Assembly (NCBI RefSeq): GCF_030144855.1
Contig: NC_082730.1
Location: 13,268,001-13,332,000 of the forward strand
Direction of reading: 5' to 3'
Origin: Hypanus sabinus
Lineage: Eukaryota
DNA: 64,000 bases
Program-made: the position numbers and the translations under genes
Shown here: in pieces, positions 33,613 through 48,048 of the stretch
How positions within the stretch are numbered: position 1 is the stretch's first letter
How the letters are laid out: every line of letters begins with the position of its first letter
Notes under the pieces: model-generated
What the model was told of the DNA's origin: nothing
Database searches by the model: none
What the model saw: the letters and a program-made list of their open reading frames with translations, nothing else

Positions 33613-36600
33613 CTGCAGAATATGACAAAGACATTGACAGATCAAGTCTGATGGGCACATTCACACTTTCTCCTTCTCCAGTATTGCCCTCTGTTTTCTT
33701 GATCTGATAAGTACAAATATGATGTAGACATGAACACATGTGCCTCTCACTCAATATCAGCAAGATCAAAGATATTATTATTGACTTCAGTAGAGGAAAA
33801 CTGGAGGTCCATGAGCTCGTCCTCATCAGGGGTGTTACAAATTTCTTGTTACAATTTCAAAGGATCTGTGCCATTACAAAGTAAGTATGGCAGCACTTTT
33901 ACTTTCTTAGATGTTTGTGAAGGTTTACATGTCATTTAAAACTTCACAAGGATGATTTTGGGAATGCAAGTGTAATACAAAGAACGTTTGATAGCTTTGG
34001 GTCTGTAGTAGCTGGAATTTAGAAGGGCGAGGGGGATCTGATTGAAACCTTTTGAATGTTGAAAGGCCTAGACAGAGTAGATGTGGAAAGGATATTTTGA
34101 ATAGTGGGGAAGTCTCAGAAGAGAGGGCACAGGATAGAGGGGCGTGAATTTAAATCAAAGGTGGCATGTGACAAGTGAGACCAGTTGATCACCTTTTACC
34201 TCTTCCACCTATCCCTTCCCAGACTGTAACTTCATTCCCCCTGTCTCTCACCACATCTGATTTCTCCTTCCCATCCCCTCTACCTTCTTATTCTGTCTTC
34301 TTCCTCTTTCCTTTACAATCCTGATGATGGTTCTTGCTCAATAAAGTCAACTGTATATCCCCCCCCCACCCCCCAAAGATTTTCAAAGACGAGGAAGTCT
34401 GCAGATGCTGGAAATTCAAGCAACACACACTAAATGCTGGTGGAACGCAGCAGGCCAGGCAGCATCTATCGGAAGAAGCACTGTCGACATTTCGGGCTGA
34501 GACCCTTCATTAGGACTAACTGAAAGAAGAGATAGTAAGAGATTTGAAAGTAGGAGGGGGAGGGGAAATCCGAAATGATAGGGGAAGACAGAAGGGGGTG
34601 CGGTGAAGCTAAGAGCTGGAAAGGTGATTGGCAAAATGGATTCAGAGCTGGAGAAGGGAAAGGATTATGGGATGGGAGGCCTAGGGAGAAAGAAAGAGGG
34701 AGGGGAGCAGCAGAGGGAGATGGAGAACAGGCAAAGTGTGATGGGCAGAGAGAGAGAAAAAAAGGGGGGGAAATAAATAAATCAGGGATGGGGTAATAAG
34801 GGGAGGAGGGGCATTAACAGAAATGAGAGAAATCAATGTTGAAAGGTGAAAAGTTTAAGGAGAGCTGTTGTCTTTATGTTGGTTCTTTTTCTGCAGCCTC
34901 CCCAGTGGTCCACTGGGTCAATAGCTGTGAAATCACTGGTCACCTATATTATGGAGCTATAGCTGTCCTGGGGATACTGAGACCTGTCACGCTGGTTCCA
35001 CAGTAGAATTTACACAATGTTGACAAAATCCCTTTCAGGTTCTAATTATCCCGTTCAATATGGGACTCTCGGCACCTCGTGAAGCTCTGAAATACGTGGA
35101 AACTTCCAGTTCTGGACCCTGAATCACCCCTGACATTAACTCTTATTCCTCTGGTGGCCGTACCTCTGTGGCTCAGATCCTGCTCAGTTGGAATTCCTTC
35201 TCTACAGCTCTCTGGCCCTCTCTTTCATTCTCACTCAAAAGGCTTGTTAAATCCCACCAATTGCTGAGGTTTTGGTCACATGTACCTTCTGTCTCTACAT
35301 GTGACTCAATTTCAAATGTTAGACAATGCTGCTGTGCATGGCCTTTGGCCCTATCAATCAACTTGAAGCTGCTGTGGAAGTGAAATTTGTTGTTGTTTTA
35401 TTACAATAGATTGCTCAATAGACTTTATAAAATCTAACTGTTTGTATTCACTTCCAGATTATTTTAACTAACATAATTTGGAATAGTTGTGCTGGGTTTT
35501 TAAGCAGTATTTCATACATTAAAATGCAAAATATTGCATAATTTTGAGAGCAATTTACGAGTTTAATCAAAACATACACAGAATGCTGGAGGAACTCAGC
35601 AGGTCAGGCAGCATCTAGGGAGAGGAATAAAGAGTTGACATGTCTGGCTGATACTCTTCATTGGTCTCAACCTGAAATGTTGAATCTTTATTCCTCTCCG
35701 TAGATGCTGCCTGACTTGCTGTGTTCCTCCAGCATTTTCTGTGTGTTACTCTGCATTTGCACCATCTGAAGAATCTCTTGTGGTCAAGTCAAAATACTAT
35801 TGGATGCTTGGGTGAATTTTGGAATCTTTAGTAGGGTCTGCAACAGTTGTACTGATTCACCTGTGAATTTACAACAGGCAGTAGATGCTGGAAGCTGGAG
35901 CAATAAGCTGTTTACTGGAGGCACACAGTGGGTTCAGCTGCATTTGTGGTGTGGAAAGATGCCGTCGACATTTCATGTTGAGACGTTGCCCAAGGACCGA
36001 TCTGTCTGTGTTGTGGGTTCTGCTTTGTAACAGCCTGTCTTGAAAAATAGAAAATCCAATGTTAGGAATTGAGTGGTAAGAGGAAGCAGCAAAGATGATG
36101 ATATTTCTCTCCAGAAAACACCGGTGATAGTTTTTTATGTGGGTGCTGGAATAGTGCAGTAGGGACTCCACAGTGGTGGGTGTTGGTGCTGAGAGTGTTA
36201 AATAGGATTAGATCTTTCTGTATTTGTCTGGGGGAAACTGTCAATGTCCATGACTGTAGACTAATGGTATAGTGGGTATTGACTGAGCTGGAAGTAGGGC
36301 ACAGGGGTGGAGGATTGTGATTGGTTGCTTCAGTAATTGAAAGTGAGGTTCCACCAGGAATTAAAGATTTCCTTTATTTGACACACGTTCATCAAAACAT
36401 TAAAAACATACAGAGAAATATGTGATTTGCAGCAGTGAACAAGACAGTCCAAGGATTGTGCTGTGGGCACTCCACGAGTGTCATGATTCTGGAACCAAAG
36501 TAGCATCCACGCTCCTCACTAAATCTGACACGTGGGAGAAAACAGTTATGTCTTGTAACACTGAAACATAAAAACATTTGAAAGGAAACTCAGAAGTTTT

Positions 36601-39600
36601 TGCATTAAGTGAGGCATTCAGTCATGACCTGGTGGTGTGTTGATGTACGCCATTCATGTACTTTTATATATAACCTGAATATCAATTACTTAATGAAACA
36701 AGAAATGCTTAATCAAACATATATTTACAATATTACTCAAATATTACTGAAATATTAAATACACAACACTCCTCCCTGCTTAGCTACAAACTCCAACTCG
36801 ATATGGAGTGAACCTCAACATACACATATATATATATATATACTGTATATTTACTTACTGCCGCTGGCACTTAGGGCTCTCCGGGTCATTGAGGCTTGCA
36901 AGCCTCCTAACTCTGACTACTATAGAAACATCCACAGCTTGTCATGGGAGATTTTAACATGCAAGTCGATTGGGAAAATCAGGTTGGTAATGGATCTCAA
37001 GAGAGTGAGAGAATTATGAAAGCAAGCTGGAAACTATTATCAGAGAAGATACTAAAAGCTTTTTTATGTATATAAAGGGTAAAAAGAGCGACGAGGGTAG
37101 ATATAGGAGCAATACAAAATGAAGCTGGAGATATTGTAATGAGAGATGTAGAGATGGCAGAGGAACTGAATGCATATTTTGCATCAGTCTTCAGAGTGGA
37201 AGAGGTCTGCAGTATAATGAACATTCATGAGTGTCAGGGAAGTGAAGTTTGTGCAATGAAAAATACGTTTGAGAAGGTGCTCAGGAAGCTTAATGGTCTG
37301 AAGGTGGATAAATCTCCTGGAGCTGATGGAATGCACCCTTAGGTTCTGAAGGAAGTAGCTGAAGAGATTGCAGAGGTGATCTTTCAAGAATCAATAGACT
37401 CTGGCATTGTACCGGATAATTGGAAAATTGCAAATATTACTCCACTATTTAAGAAGGGTGAGAGGCAGCAGAAAGGAAACTATAGACCTGTCAGCCTGAC
37501 ATCAGTGGTTAGGAAGTTGTTGGAATCAATTGTTAGGGATGAGATAACAGAGTACCTGCAGGCACATGACAAGAAGTGCCAAAGCCAGCATGGTTTCCTG
37601 AAAGGAAAATGCTGCCTGACAAACCAACTGCAATTCTTTGAGGAAATTACAAATAGGGTAGACAATGGAGATGTAGTAGACGTGGTGTACTTGGATTTTC
37701 AGAAGGTGTTTGGCAAGATGCTGCACATGAGGCTGCTTATTAAGATAAGAGCCCATGGAATTACAGGGAAGTTACTAGCATGAGTGGAGAGTCGGCAGAA
37801 AAGAGAGAGGGAATAAAGGGATCCTATTCTGGCTGGCTGCCAGTTTGCCAGTGGAGTTTCATAAGGTCACTGTTTGGATCACTGCTTTTTATGATGTATG
37901 TCAATGATTTGGACTATGGGATTAATAGATTTGTGATTAAATTTGCCGATGATACTAAGGTAGGTGGAGGAGTGGGTATTTTGAGGAAACAGAAGACTTA
38001 GATAGTTTAGGGGAATGGGCAAAGAAGTGGCAAATGAAATACAATGTTGGAAAGTGTATGGTCATGGACTTCGGTGGAAGAAATAAATAGGCAGATTATT
38101 ATTTAGATGGGGAGAAAATTCAAATTGCAGAGATGCAAAGGGTCTTGGGAGTTCTTGTGCAGGATACCCTAAAGGTTAACCTCCACGTTGTGTCAGTTGT
38201 GAAGAAGGCCAATGTAATGTTGGCATTCATTTCTAGAGGTATAGAATATAAGAGCAGAGATGTGATGTTGAGGCTCTGTAAGGCACTCGTGAGACCACAT
38301 GGAGTACTGTGTGCAGTTTTGGGCTCCTTATTTTAAAAAGGTTATACTAACAATGGAGAGGGTTTAGAGAAGATTTACAAGAATGATTCCAGGAATGAAA
38401 GATTTACTGTATGAGGAATGTCGGACTGCTCTTGGGCTGTATTCCCTGCTGTTCAGGAGAATGAGGGCGGATCTCAATGAGGCATTCCAGATGTTGAAAG
38501 GCCTGAACAGATTAGATATGGCAATGTTATTTCCCATGGTAGGGGATTCTAGGACAAGAGAGCACGACTTCAAGATTGAAGGAGATCTGGAGAAATTACT
38601 TTAGTCAGAGGATGGTAAATCTGTGGAATTTGCCACTGTTGCCACGAGTGGCTGTGGAGGACAAGTCATTGAGTGTATTTAAGGCAGAGATAGATAGGTT
38701 CTTGATTAGCCAGGGTATCGTAGAGTATAGGGTGAAGGCAGGGGAGTGGGGACGACTGGATGAATTGGATCAGCTCAGATTGAATGGCAGAGCAGACTCA
38801 ATGGGCTGAATGACTTACTTCTGCCCCTATATCGTATGGTCTTATGGTTTCCTTCAGGGAAATCCTGTCTGACAACCCTGTTGGAATTCTTTGATGAGAT
38901 TACAAGTAGGATAGACAAACGGAATGCAGTAGATATTGTACATTTGGACTTTCAGCAAGCCTTTGACAGGGTGCCACACATGAGGCTACTTACCAAGTTA
39001 AGAACCTGTGGTATTACCAGAAAGTTACAAACATGGTTAGAATATTGGCTGATCGGTGGGAGACAGCAAGTGAGAATAAAAGGATCCTTTTCTGGTTGGC
39101 TGTCAGTGACTAGTGGTGTTCTGCAGGGGTTGGTGTTGGGACCACTTCTTTTTATGTTGTATATAAATGATTTAGATGATGGAATAGATGGCTTTGTTGC
39201 CAAGTTTGCAGATGATACGAAGATTGGTGGAGGGGCAGGTAGTGTTGAAGAAACAGGTTGGATGCAGAAGGACAGACAGATTAGGAGAATGGGCAAGAAA
39301 TGAAATACAATGTTGAGAACTGCATAGTAGTTGAAATAAATGTGAGGACTATTTTCTAAGTGGAGAGAAAATCCAAAACTCTGGCAAGCAAAGGGACTTG
39401 GGAGTCCTTGTGCAGAACCCCCTCAAGGTTAACTTGCAGGTCGAATTTGTGGTGAGGAAGGCAAATGCCATGTTAATATTCATTTCAAGAAGTCTGGAAT
39501 ACAAGAGCGGGGATGTGATGCTGAAGCTTTATAAGGCACCGGTGAGGCCTCACCTTGAGAATTGTGAACAGTTTTGTGCCCCTCATCTTAGAAAAGATGT

Positions 39601-42600
39601 GCTGGCATTGGAGAAGGTCCAGAGGAGATTCACAAGGATGATTCCAGGAATGGAAGGATTATCATATAAGGAACGTTTGATTTCTCTGGGACTGTACTCA
39701 CTGGAATTCAGAGGGATGAGGGGGGAATCTCACTGAAATCTTTTGAATGTTGAAAAGCCTAGACAGAGGAGATGTGGAAGGGATGTTTCCCATGGTGGGA
39801 GATTCTAGGACAAGAGAGCACAGCCTCTGGATAGAGGCACACCCTTTCAAAACAGAGATGTGGAAAAATTTCTTTAGCCAAAGAGAGGTGAATTTGTGTT
39901 ATTTGTTGTCACATGCAGCTGTGCAGGCCAGATCGTTGGGTGTATTTAAGGCAGAGATTGATAGAATCTTGATTGGACATGGAATCAAAGGTTATTGGGA
40001 GAAGGCCGGGAACTAGAGTTGAGGAGGGGAATGAAAAGGATCAGCCATGATTGAGTGGCTGAGTAGGCTCGATGGGCCAGATGGCCTAATTCTGCTGCTA
40101 TGTCTTATGGTTTTATCTATAATGTGTAAATATATCTATAATGTGTAAAGTATATCTATAATGTATAATTTTTATCTATAATGTATAATTGCAAGAGAAT
40201 GTTACCTTAAATTCTGTATTATATTCTAATGTGTGTCCTCTGAACGATACTTACAGCCACATTTTGGCCATTTATCCACTTGTTTCTCTGTTATTTCACT
40301 CATCTCATTGGTTTTCAGTTACAGACACTAATGAGAGATTTTGAATGAATTAACCTGGACTAAACTTGGGCTTCCACTTTTATTTGTGAATCACATGACA
40401 TGGAAGTGAAGAGATTGGAAAAAAAATATACCTTTGAAAAGCTGTCATGTAATGTATCGAAACAGTGCAAAGAAACAGAGCTCCAAGGAGTATCCAACGG
40501 ATCGGAGTCCAAACTTCGTGAATTATCAACTCATAGTTCCTAACGGTTCAAGGAGATATCATTAGTCACAGACAAAGTAATCAGTACATGACACCGAGAA
40601 ATACATTTTATCTAAGTGCACATTATCAGTGACACCGAGAAATGCATATTATTAAATGCAATTCATCGAAATGCATTTTATCAGCAAGTGGCATTGCATT
40701 TTATTGAAACAATTGAAAGAACCAGACCTCTGAAGAGTACTCATTGGATCACAGTCGATATATGGTGAATTTTCAGCTCATGGTCACTGATGTACAAAGA
40801 ACAACACACAAAGAATTAACAACACACAAAGAATTCAGTAACAGACACTAGGAAATGCCATTACACATGAAATTATCATTCAATGTGATGTAGTTTTGTA
40901 GCGTGGAATATAGTTCAGTCTAATAGTAGAGTGCTGATTCTCCAAGTTATGCTCACGTCTTGGCACAGGCAGCAATCCAGAGATTACTACCCTGGAGGTC
41001 CTGCTTTTCACCTGTCTACCTAACTCCCTAAATTCTGTCTTCAGGACCTCCTCCCTGTTCCTCCCTATGTCATTTGTACCACAACTTCCCCATTTAGAAT
41101 ATTGTGGGTCTGATCCGAGTCGTCCCTGACCCTGGCAACTGGAAGGCACAATCCATCTGGGTGTCCTTTTTATGTCTGCGGAATCTCCTGTGTGCTCCTC
41201 TGTCTATGGAATTCCCTATCACTACTACACTCCTCTCCTTTACATTTGACCTACCAAGGTGCAACACTTCACAGTTGGCCCGGTTAAACTCCATCTGCCA
41301 GTTGCCCGCTCATATCTGCAACTGAAAGCATTCATGGACTTCCGGCTTCTTCCTGCTACAGATGATAATCAGCTCTTTGGTTTTCTGTAGCCCTGGCATC
41401 ACTTAACCAGACTTTCATTCACACTTCTGTGAGCCAATTGGTCATCACTTTTGATCCGGCCAACATCCAGCTGTGAATTCTGTAAGCTTATAAATGGTAG
41501 TGGAGCTGTACTTAGCCTCACTCTCATAAGTATAAAGTGAGTAGAGCTGGGGATAAGCATCCTCAGACAAGGGGAAATCTACAAGAGTTGATCAACCTTC
41601 CACCAACTTGCAGGACTTCGGGATGTGGGAAGCAACCGGAGCACATAGGGTGAAGACAAGGAAGACTCCACACAGAAAGCACCGGAGATCAGGAGTAGAT
41701 CCAGGTTAGTGGAGCTGTCAGTCCACAACTGTACGAGCTGCTCCATTGTGCTGCTCCCAGCACCTGGAGTCCTGTGGCATAATTGTGATGGTGTGAAGGA
41801 ATCTTAGTCTGCATGGGCCATTTGAGTTGAAGGGCAGGTTTCCTTGTCATATTAACCTCTGATACTATGATATCCCCAACTGAGACATTATTTTCATCCA
41901 ACCTCTATGCTGATCAAATTAAATGAAATATATGATGTCGATTAATGATACTTGCATCACAGCAGAATTATCAAACTGTGATCTTAATCAGACAACAGTT
42001 ATTAATTTGAAGATGACAGTTGAAATCTCACCTTTTGCTGTCAGTAGAATCTTCTGGTGTTTTTATCGTTGCTGGGGAGAGATGTTAAAATAGACACATT
42101 AACCCAATTTATAAACAATTACAGCACAAAATAACTTCAATTTTTGTCAGCCTATGGGTTGGGCATTGTGGTGGAGCAGCAGAACATTCAGATCTATTTA
42201 CGGCATGTGCCGTGCATCGAAACAGACGGTGAATTGCATCGTTTGCGGGAACAAGCAGCACACCACAGGATAGGCTGAGAGCCAGGCCACAGGGGTTGCC
42301 ACACATTCTTGCTCTAATACATCACGCCCACAATGTTCAGCAGAACAACACAGGACATAACAAGCAAACAAGCAGCTCATAAAGCAAGTCAGAAACACAC
42401 AACATCAACAGTAATATTATTTTGTGCCGGAGCAGTGTGAAACTCTGAATCACTTATTATTTCTGCTTCTTCGCTCCTTAAGTTAACTTATTGAGTTCAG
42501 GAAGCAGACTGTGATACAACACGGAGACAGACACCTCGGCACACAGTCTGGTCCTATTTAATTCTCTCTCACTTTTCCATCAATTCACTTCAAATTCTTA

Positions 42601-43772
42601 CAAGGGGAATTCTACAAGAGCCAATTAACCTTCCACCTACTCCTATGTGTTTGGGATACTGGAGCAATTGGAGGAAATAAGGTGAAGGCAAGGAAAGCTC
42701 CACACAGAAAGCAACAGAGATCAGGATTAAATCCAGGTTGATGGAACTGTGAGTTCACAGTTTATGAGTTGCACCATAACAGGTTCTGAGCATATACCAC
42801 CAGGCTCTAGGACAGCATTTATTCTGCTATTATCAAACTCTTAAGTGGACCTCGTGTATACTAAATAATGAACTCTTGATCTCTCAGTCCACCTCATCAT
42901 GGCCCTTGTAATCTATCCTGACTGCATTTTCTCTGTGATTAACACTACTCTGTTTTCTTTTACAACCTTGACGTGCTTACGTCTGGAATGATCTGCCTGG
43001 ATGGTGCATAAACAATGTTTTTCACTGTCTCGATACATGTGACAATAATAAACCAATAATGTTAATAAACCAATATCAATCTCAAGAGTCATAGATGCAA
43101 AGGTCAATAAAAAGACCAAAAAGATTCTGCAGGCTCTGGAAGTATTTAGTAATGCACACAATATGGTTGAGGATCTTGGCAGATCCCTCCATGGAGGGAA
43201 ATAAAAAGTTGATGTTTCATGCTAATACCCTTCACCCGTCCCAATGAAGCATCTTGTCTGGAAACATTGACATTTATTCCTGTCCATAGCTGCTGCCTGA
43301 CCTGCTGAGTTCCTTCAGCATTTTGTGTGTGAAGATGAGGAAGAAGATAGAGCTCAACCTAAAAGTGGTGAGCAGTCTGGACACAAAATAGGGAAAACTG
43401 TGAAATATGAGGAGAAGGAAGATGCATAGAAATAGAATGGAGGAAGATATAAGACTGTGAGACAATAGGAACACAATTATGCCATTTGCCCCATCAAGTC
43501 TTCTCCACCACGCTATCACGATTATTACCCTTCCCAACCCCATACTCCTGCTTTCTCCCCATAACCTTTGACAACCAAGAACCTCCACTTTAAATATATC
43601 CAATGATTTGGCCTCCATAGTCTTCTGAAACAAAGTATTCCAACTGGCTAAAGAAATTCCTCCTCATCACTATTCCAAAGGGACGTCCCTCTATGGAGTA
43701 GAAAGCCAGTAAAGACTGAAGATTTGCATGTTTGTAAGCACTAAACCACAGAAATTTTAGGTTGATTCGTAC

Positions 43773-44084
43773 CTTCAAAAATCTCCAGGATTTTAATCTG
43801 CACAATCTTAAATTTATCCGTGTCTGTTGCTCCACACCAGTACTCTCCTTTATCTCCTTCGTTGGTCTGCTTTATGGTGACAGCAAAATCAGTGGAATTG
43901 TTTACGATGATTGTTAGGTTTCTGCTGCCGTATTTAGAGCTAGCTATCACACTGCACCTATTCACAGAGGTTACTTTACACAGGAAATTCTCATATGATT
44001 TAAATTGCTGCTCATAGTGGCAGTGTAGGCTGGTGGCAGTTTGCATCACACCCTTCACCGTGGTATTGTCTGCTGTCCATGAAC
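43773..44084 (-). CDS. Ig domain D2 exon, unit B (open)
   Basis: 312 nt, splice sites intact; YWCGATDTDKFKIV versus unit A YWCGVTRTVYFEIV. Confidence 0.9.
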
Positions 44085-47000
44085 CTGCTGGTAAATGAGA
44101 AAAGGAAGAAATGAGAGGTCTACAGTATTGGGAATCGTGCTTCAGTGCTGCATTTAGCTGGGGCTGTGTGAAAGGACTACTGACCATGAATGGGAGGGAG
44201 CCCAGCAGAATAGGCCTTGCCAAGTCTAAGAGATAATGCAAGAAGTTACGAAGGCTAAAGGAAAGCATGAAATTGCTGTAGCAGACAAGCTGAAGGAGAA
44301 TCTCAAGGGAATCTACAGGTATGCTGAGATCAAAAGAATTGCAAGGGACAAAATTGGTCCTCTGGAAGACCAGAATGTTAATCCATGTGTGGAGCCAAAA
44401 CAGATGGGGGAGATTTTAAATGCATTCTTTGCACCTGTATATTCTTGCGAGACAGATACAGAGTTTATAGATGCGAGGCAAAGCAGTATCAACTTCATAG
44501 ACCCCGTACAGATTACAGAGGAGGAGGTGTTTGCTACTCTTTGGCAAATCAGGGTGGATAATTCTCCACAGCCTGACAGAGTGTTCCCTCGGAGCCTGTG
44601 GGAGGGAAATGCAGAAATTGCCAGGGCCCCAGCAGAGATATTCAAAACATCTTTAGTGCCAGGATAGTTACAATAGGATTGAGGGATAGCCGATGTTGTT
44701 CCACTATTTAAAAAAGACTTTAAACAGAAACGGGGAAATTATAGGCCGGTGAGCCTGATGTCAGTTGTGGCGAAGTTATTGGGAGGTATTCTCAGAGACC
44801 AGATATATAAGTATTTGTAGAGACATGGACTGGTTAATGATAGTCAGCATGGCTTAGTGCGTGGTAGATCATGTCTAACCAATCTTACAGAATTTTTTGA
44901 GGAAGATAGCAGGAATTTGGATGAAGGCAAGTCAGTAGATGTTATCTACATGGACTTTAGTAAGGCATTTGTTAAGGTCCTGCATGGGTAGCTGGTGAAG
45001 AAGGTCCAGTTGCTTGGCATGCTGGGATTGACCTAGAATGGTAGGGCACTGTGGAGTGTGGTAGACAAAGTGATCTGGGAATACAAGTTCATAATTCATT
45101 GAAAGTTGTGTCACAGTTAGATAGGATCGTAAAGAAAGCTTTTGACACTTTGCCCTTCAGGAATCAAAGTACTGAGTCCCTAACATGGGACGTTGTGTTA
45201 AAGATGTATAAGATATTGGTGAGGCCGAATTTGGAGTATTGTGTGCAGTTTTGGTCATCTACCTGCAGGAAAGTTATAAATAAGGTTGAAAGAGGGCAGA
45301 GAAAATTTACAAGGATCTTGCTGGGTCTGGAGGACCTGAGTTATAAGGGAAGATTGAATAGGTTAGCCTTGTATTTTTTAAGAATGTAGAAGATTAAGAG
45401 GAGATTTGAAAGGGGTACAGAAAATTAGGAGGGGTATAGATAGGGTAAATGCAAGTAAGCTTGTTCCACTGAGGTTGTGTGGGACTACAACCAGGGGTTA
45501 AGAGTGAAAGGTGAGAACTTTAAGGGACACATGAGGGGAATCTTCTTCACTCAGAGGGTCGTGAGAGTGAGGAATGAGCTGCCAGCACAAGCAGTCTATG
45601 TGATTTCAATACTTAAGAGAAGTTTGAATAGGTACATGGATAGTAGCGATATGGAGGACTATGGTCCCGGTGCAGGTTGCTGAAGGTGGGCAGATTAAAT
45701 GGTTTTGGCATCATCTAGATGGATCAAAGGGCCTGTTTCTGTGCTGTACTTCTCTATGACTCTATCATGTACAGTACTGTGAAAAGACTCGGGCACATGT
45801 AAAAAAATTCTGTAAAGCGAAAATATTTTAAAAATAATGAAATGAAAGTATTATGAATATCAAAAAAATGATGAAAAGCTAAATCAAATCAATATTTGGT
45901 GTGATCACACTTTGCCTTTAAAGCTACATCTGCAGCTTTATAAGGAAATTGACTGGTGGGTTCTTCCAAGGATCTTGGAGAACTTGCCACAGTTCTTCTG
46001 AAAGACTTTGACTGTCTCAGTTGCTTCAGTCTCTCTAGATTATCCCAGACGGCCTTAATCATGTTGAGATCAGGGCTCTTTGGAGGCCATATCATCAGTT
46101 GCAGATCTCCTTGTTCTTATTTTTTGCTGAAGGTAGTTCTTTATGACCTTAGCCATGTGTTTGGGGTCATTGGCATGCTGCAGAATGAAGTTGGGACTGA
46201 TCAGACACCTCCCTGATGGATGAGAAGTTGCTTGTACTTCTCAACATTGAAGATTCCAGTAATTCTAACCAGACCATCAAATCTATTTGCAGAAATGCCG
46301 CTGCAATCCTGCAGGGGACCCCTGCCATGCTTCACTGTTGGCTGCAGACACTCATCCATGTCACACTCGCTAGCTCTTCTACAGACAAACTGCCTCCTGT
46401 CCGAGTCAAAAGGTTCGAATTCTGACTCACCGGTCCAGAGCGCTTGCTGCCATTGTTCAACACCTCAGTCTTTACGTCTGTAGATGAGTCTCTTGGCTTT
46501 GCTTCAACTTTGGAGGAATGCTTTTTGGCAGCAACTCTTCCATGAAGACCACTCCCGACAATATTACTTTGGACTATAGAGGGTTGTACTTGTTTTTATA
46601 CGTTCAGAGCTGATAGCATTTCTGATCATCTGCTTTGGAGAAACCTTACTGATGCAAGATATCGCACTGTGTCTTGTTGCTATTGACTTCTCTTGCCATG
46701 GTTTAAAAATTGATGATTTGAAGGTTAAACTGTGAGACCTGCCACACCCTCTCCTTTTAGTTTGTTTGTCCTTTGCCCAGTTTGATTCCTTCTACACCTG
46801 TTACTGTTTCAGTTAAATCAGTTTAGTTCATTCAACTCATTATGTCATTGGTCATTAGCAGGTGATTGTCATCGTTGTTTAATCATGCACTGGATGATAT
46901 AATGTACTTACATGGTAATCAAGTTTTATTTGAAAAGTGGTCTATTACTTAATATATTACTTTCTTTAACAAAACCTAAAAATTTCTCTGTAACATTAAA

Positions 47001-47733
47001 TTTTTTTGGGAGAATGAATGTTGGGAAATCTAAACTTGCTCTTTTCTACTGACACACTAATGCAAAAGACAAATATTAAGCATCTAAAACAACTTTATAT
47101 GAAAAAATCTAGCAAGCCTAAGACTTTTGCACTGTACTGTATTGCCAAGAAAAAGGCTCTTTGGCCACTGTGTTCAGTCAGTGGGTGGGAGACTGATAGT
47201 TTCCCCATGAAATGCTCTCTTGGAAGAAGGTAGGAGAATGGGGTTCAGAGGAAAAATAAATCAACTAGGATGGAATGGCAGAAAAGTTTTGATAAGTGAA
47301 ATGTTCTAATTTTGCTTCTGTGTCTTATGCTGGGTCAGAATGAACCACAGGAAGAGCGAGGTCATGCTCTTTGGGAACGGGCCCAACCTTTCAATGACCC
47401 CCTTCGCCGTCAGACCGGACTACCTGAGCTGCTGAGTTCCTGCAGTATTTTGTGTTCATTGCAACCATTTAACTAATTTCTGTATCAGAAACTGTTCTCT
47501 TCCCTCTCATTCCTGATGCAGGGTCTGAATCTGACTTGCACCTTTCACATCTACAGTTGCAAAGTGACCTCCTCAGTCCTATTAGTGTTTCATGTCTTGT
47601 TTCAGTGTCTAGAATCTGTTGTCTCTTCTGTCTTCTCTGATAACTCTTTGGGAAGTGAAGGTTGCATCATGATCAATATGTTCATTATGGAACTACAGTC
47701 TGGCTGGTACCCTGCCTTAAACCTAAGCCTTAC

Positions 47734-48048
47734 CTGTGGAAATCTTTAGCATTACAATGTCTGATTCATGAATAGTCTGCCCATTGACAGAATATCCACA
47801 TGAGTATATCCCTGAATCGCTCTCCACAAGTTCTCTCATAGTTACAAAGACAGATCCATTCTGTCTTTTGATTGATGTTCTTCTATTGTCTTTATGGGTG
47901 ACAGTGTCCACTATGAACTTGAGATGTTTTGAGGAGAGTGCTTTACACCAGACTATGTTTCTCCATTCCGGTGCATGTGGACATTCCATTGTGACTGTTT
48001 CTCCTACTCCTGCTCATATCACCATCTTGGAAACTTGTGCCAATGAAT
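47734..48048 (-). pseudogene. Ig domain D1 exon, unit B (premature stop; C' Cys lost)
   Basis: WCKALSSKHLKFIVD versus unit A WCKAYSSRHCTIIVG; TGA near the exon start. Confidence 0.9.
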
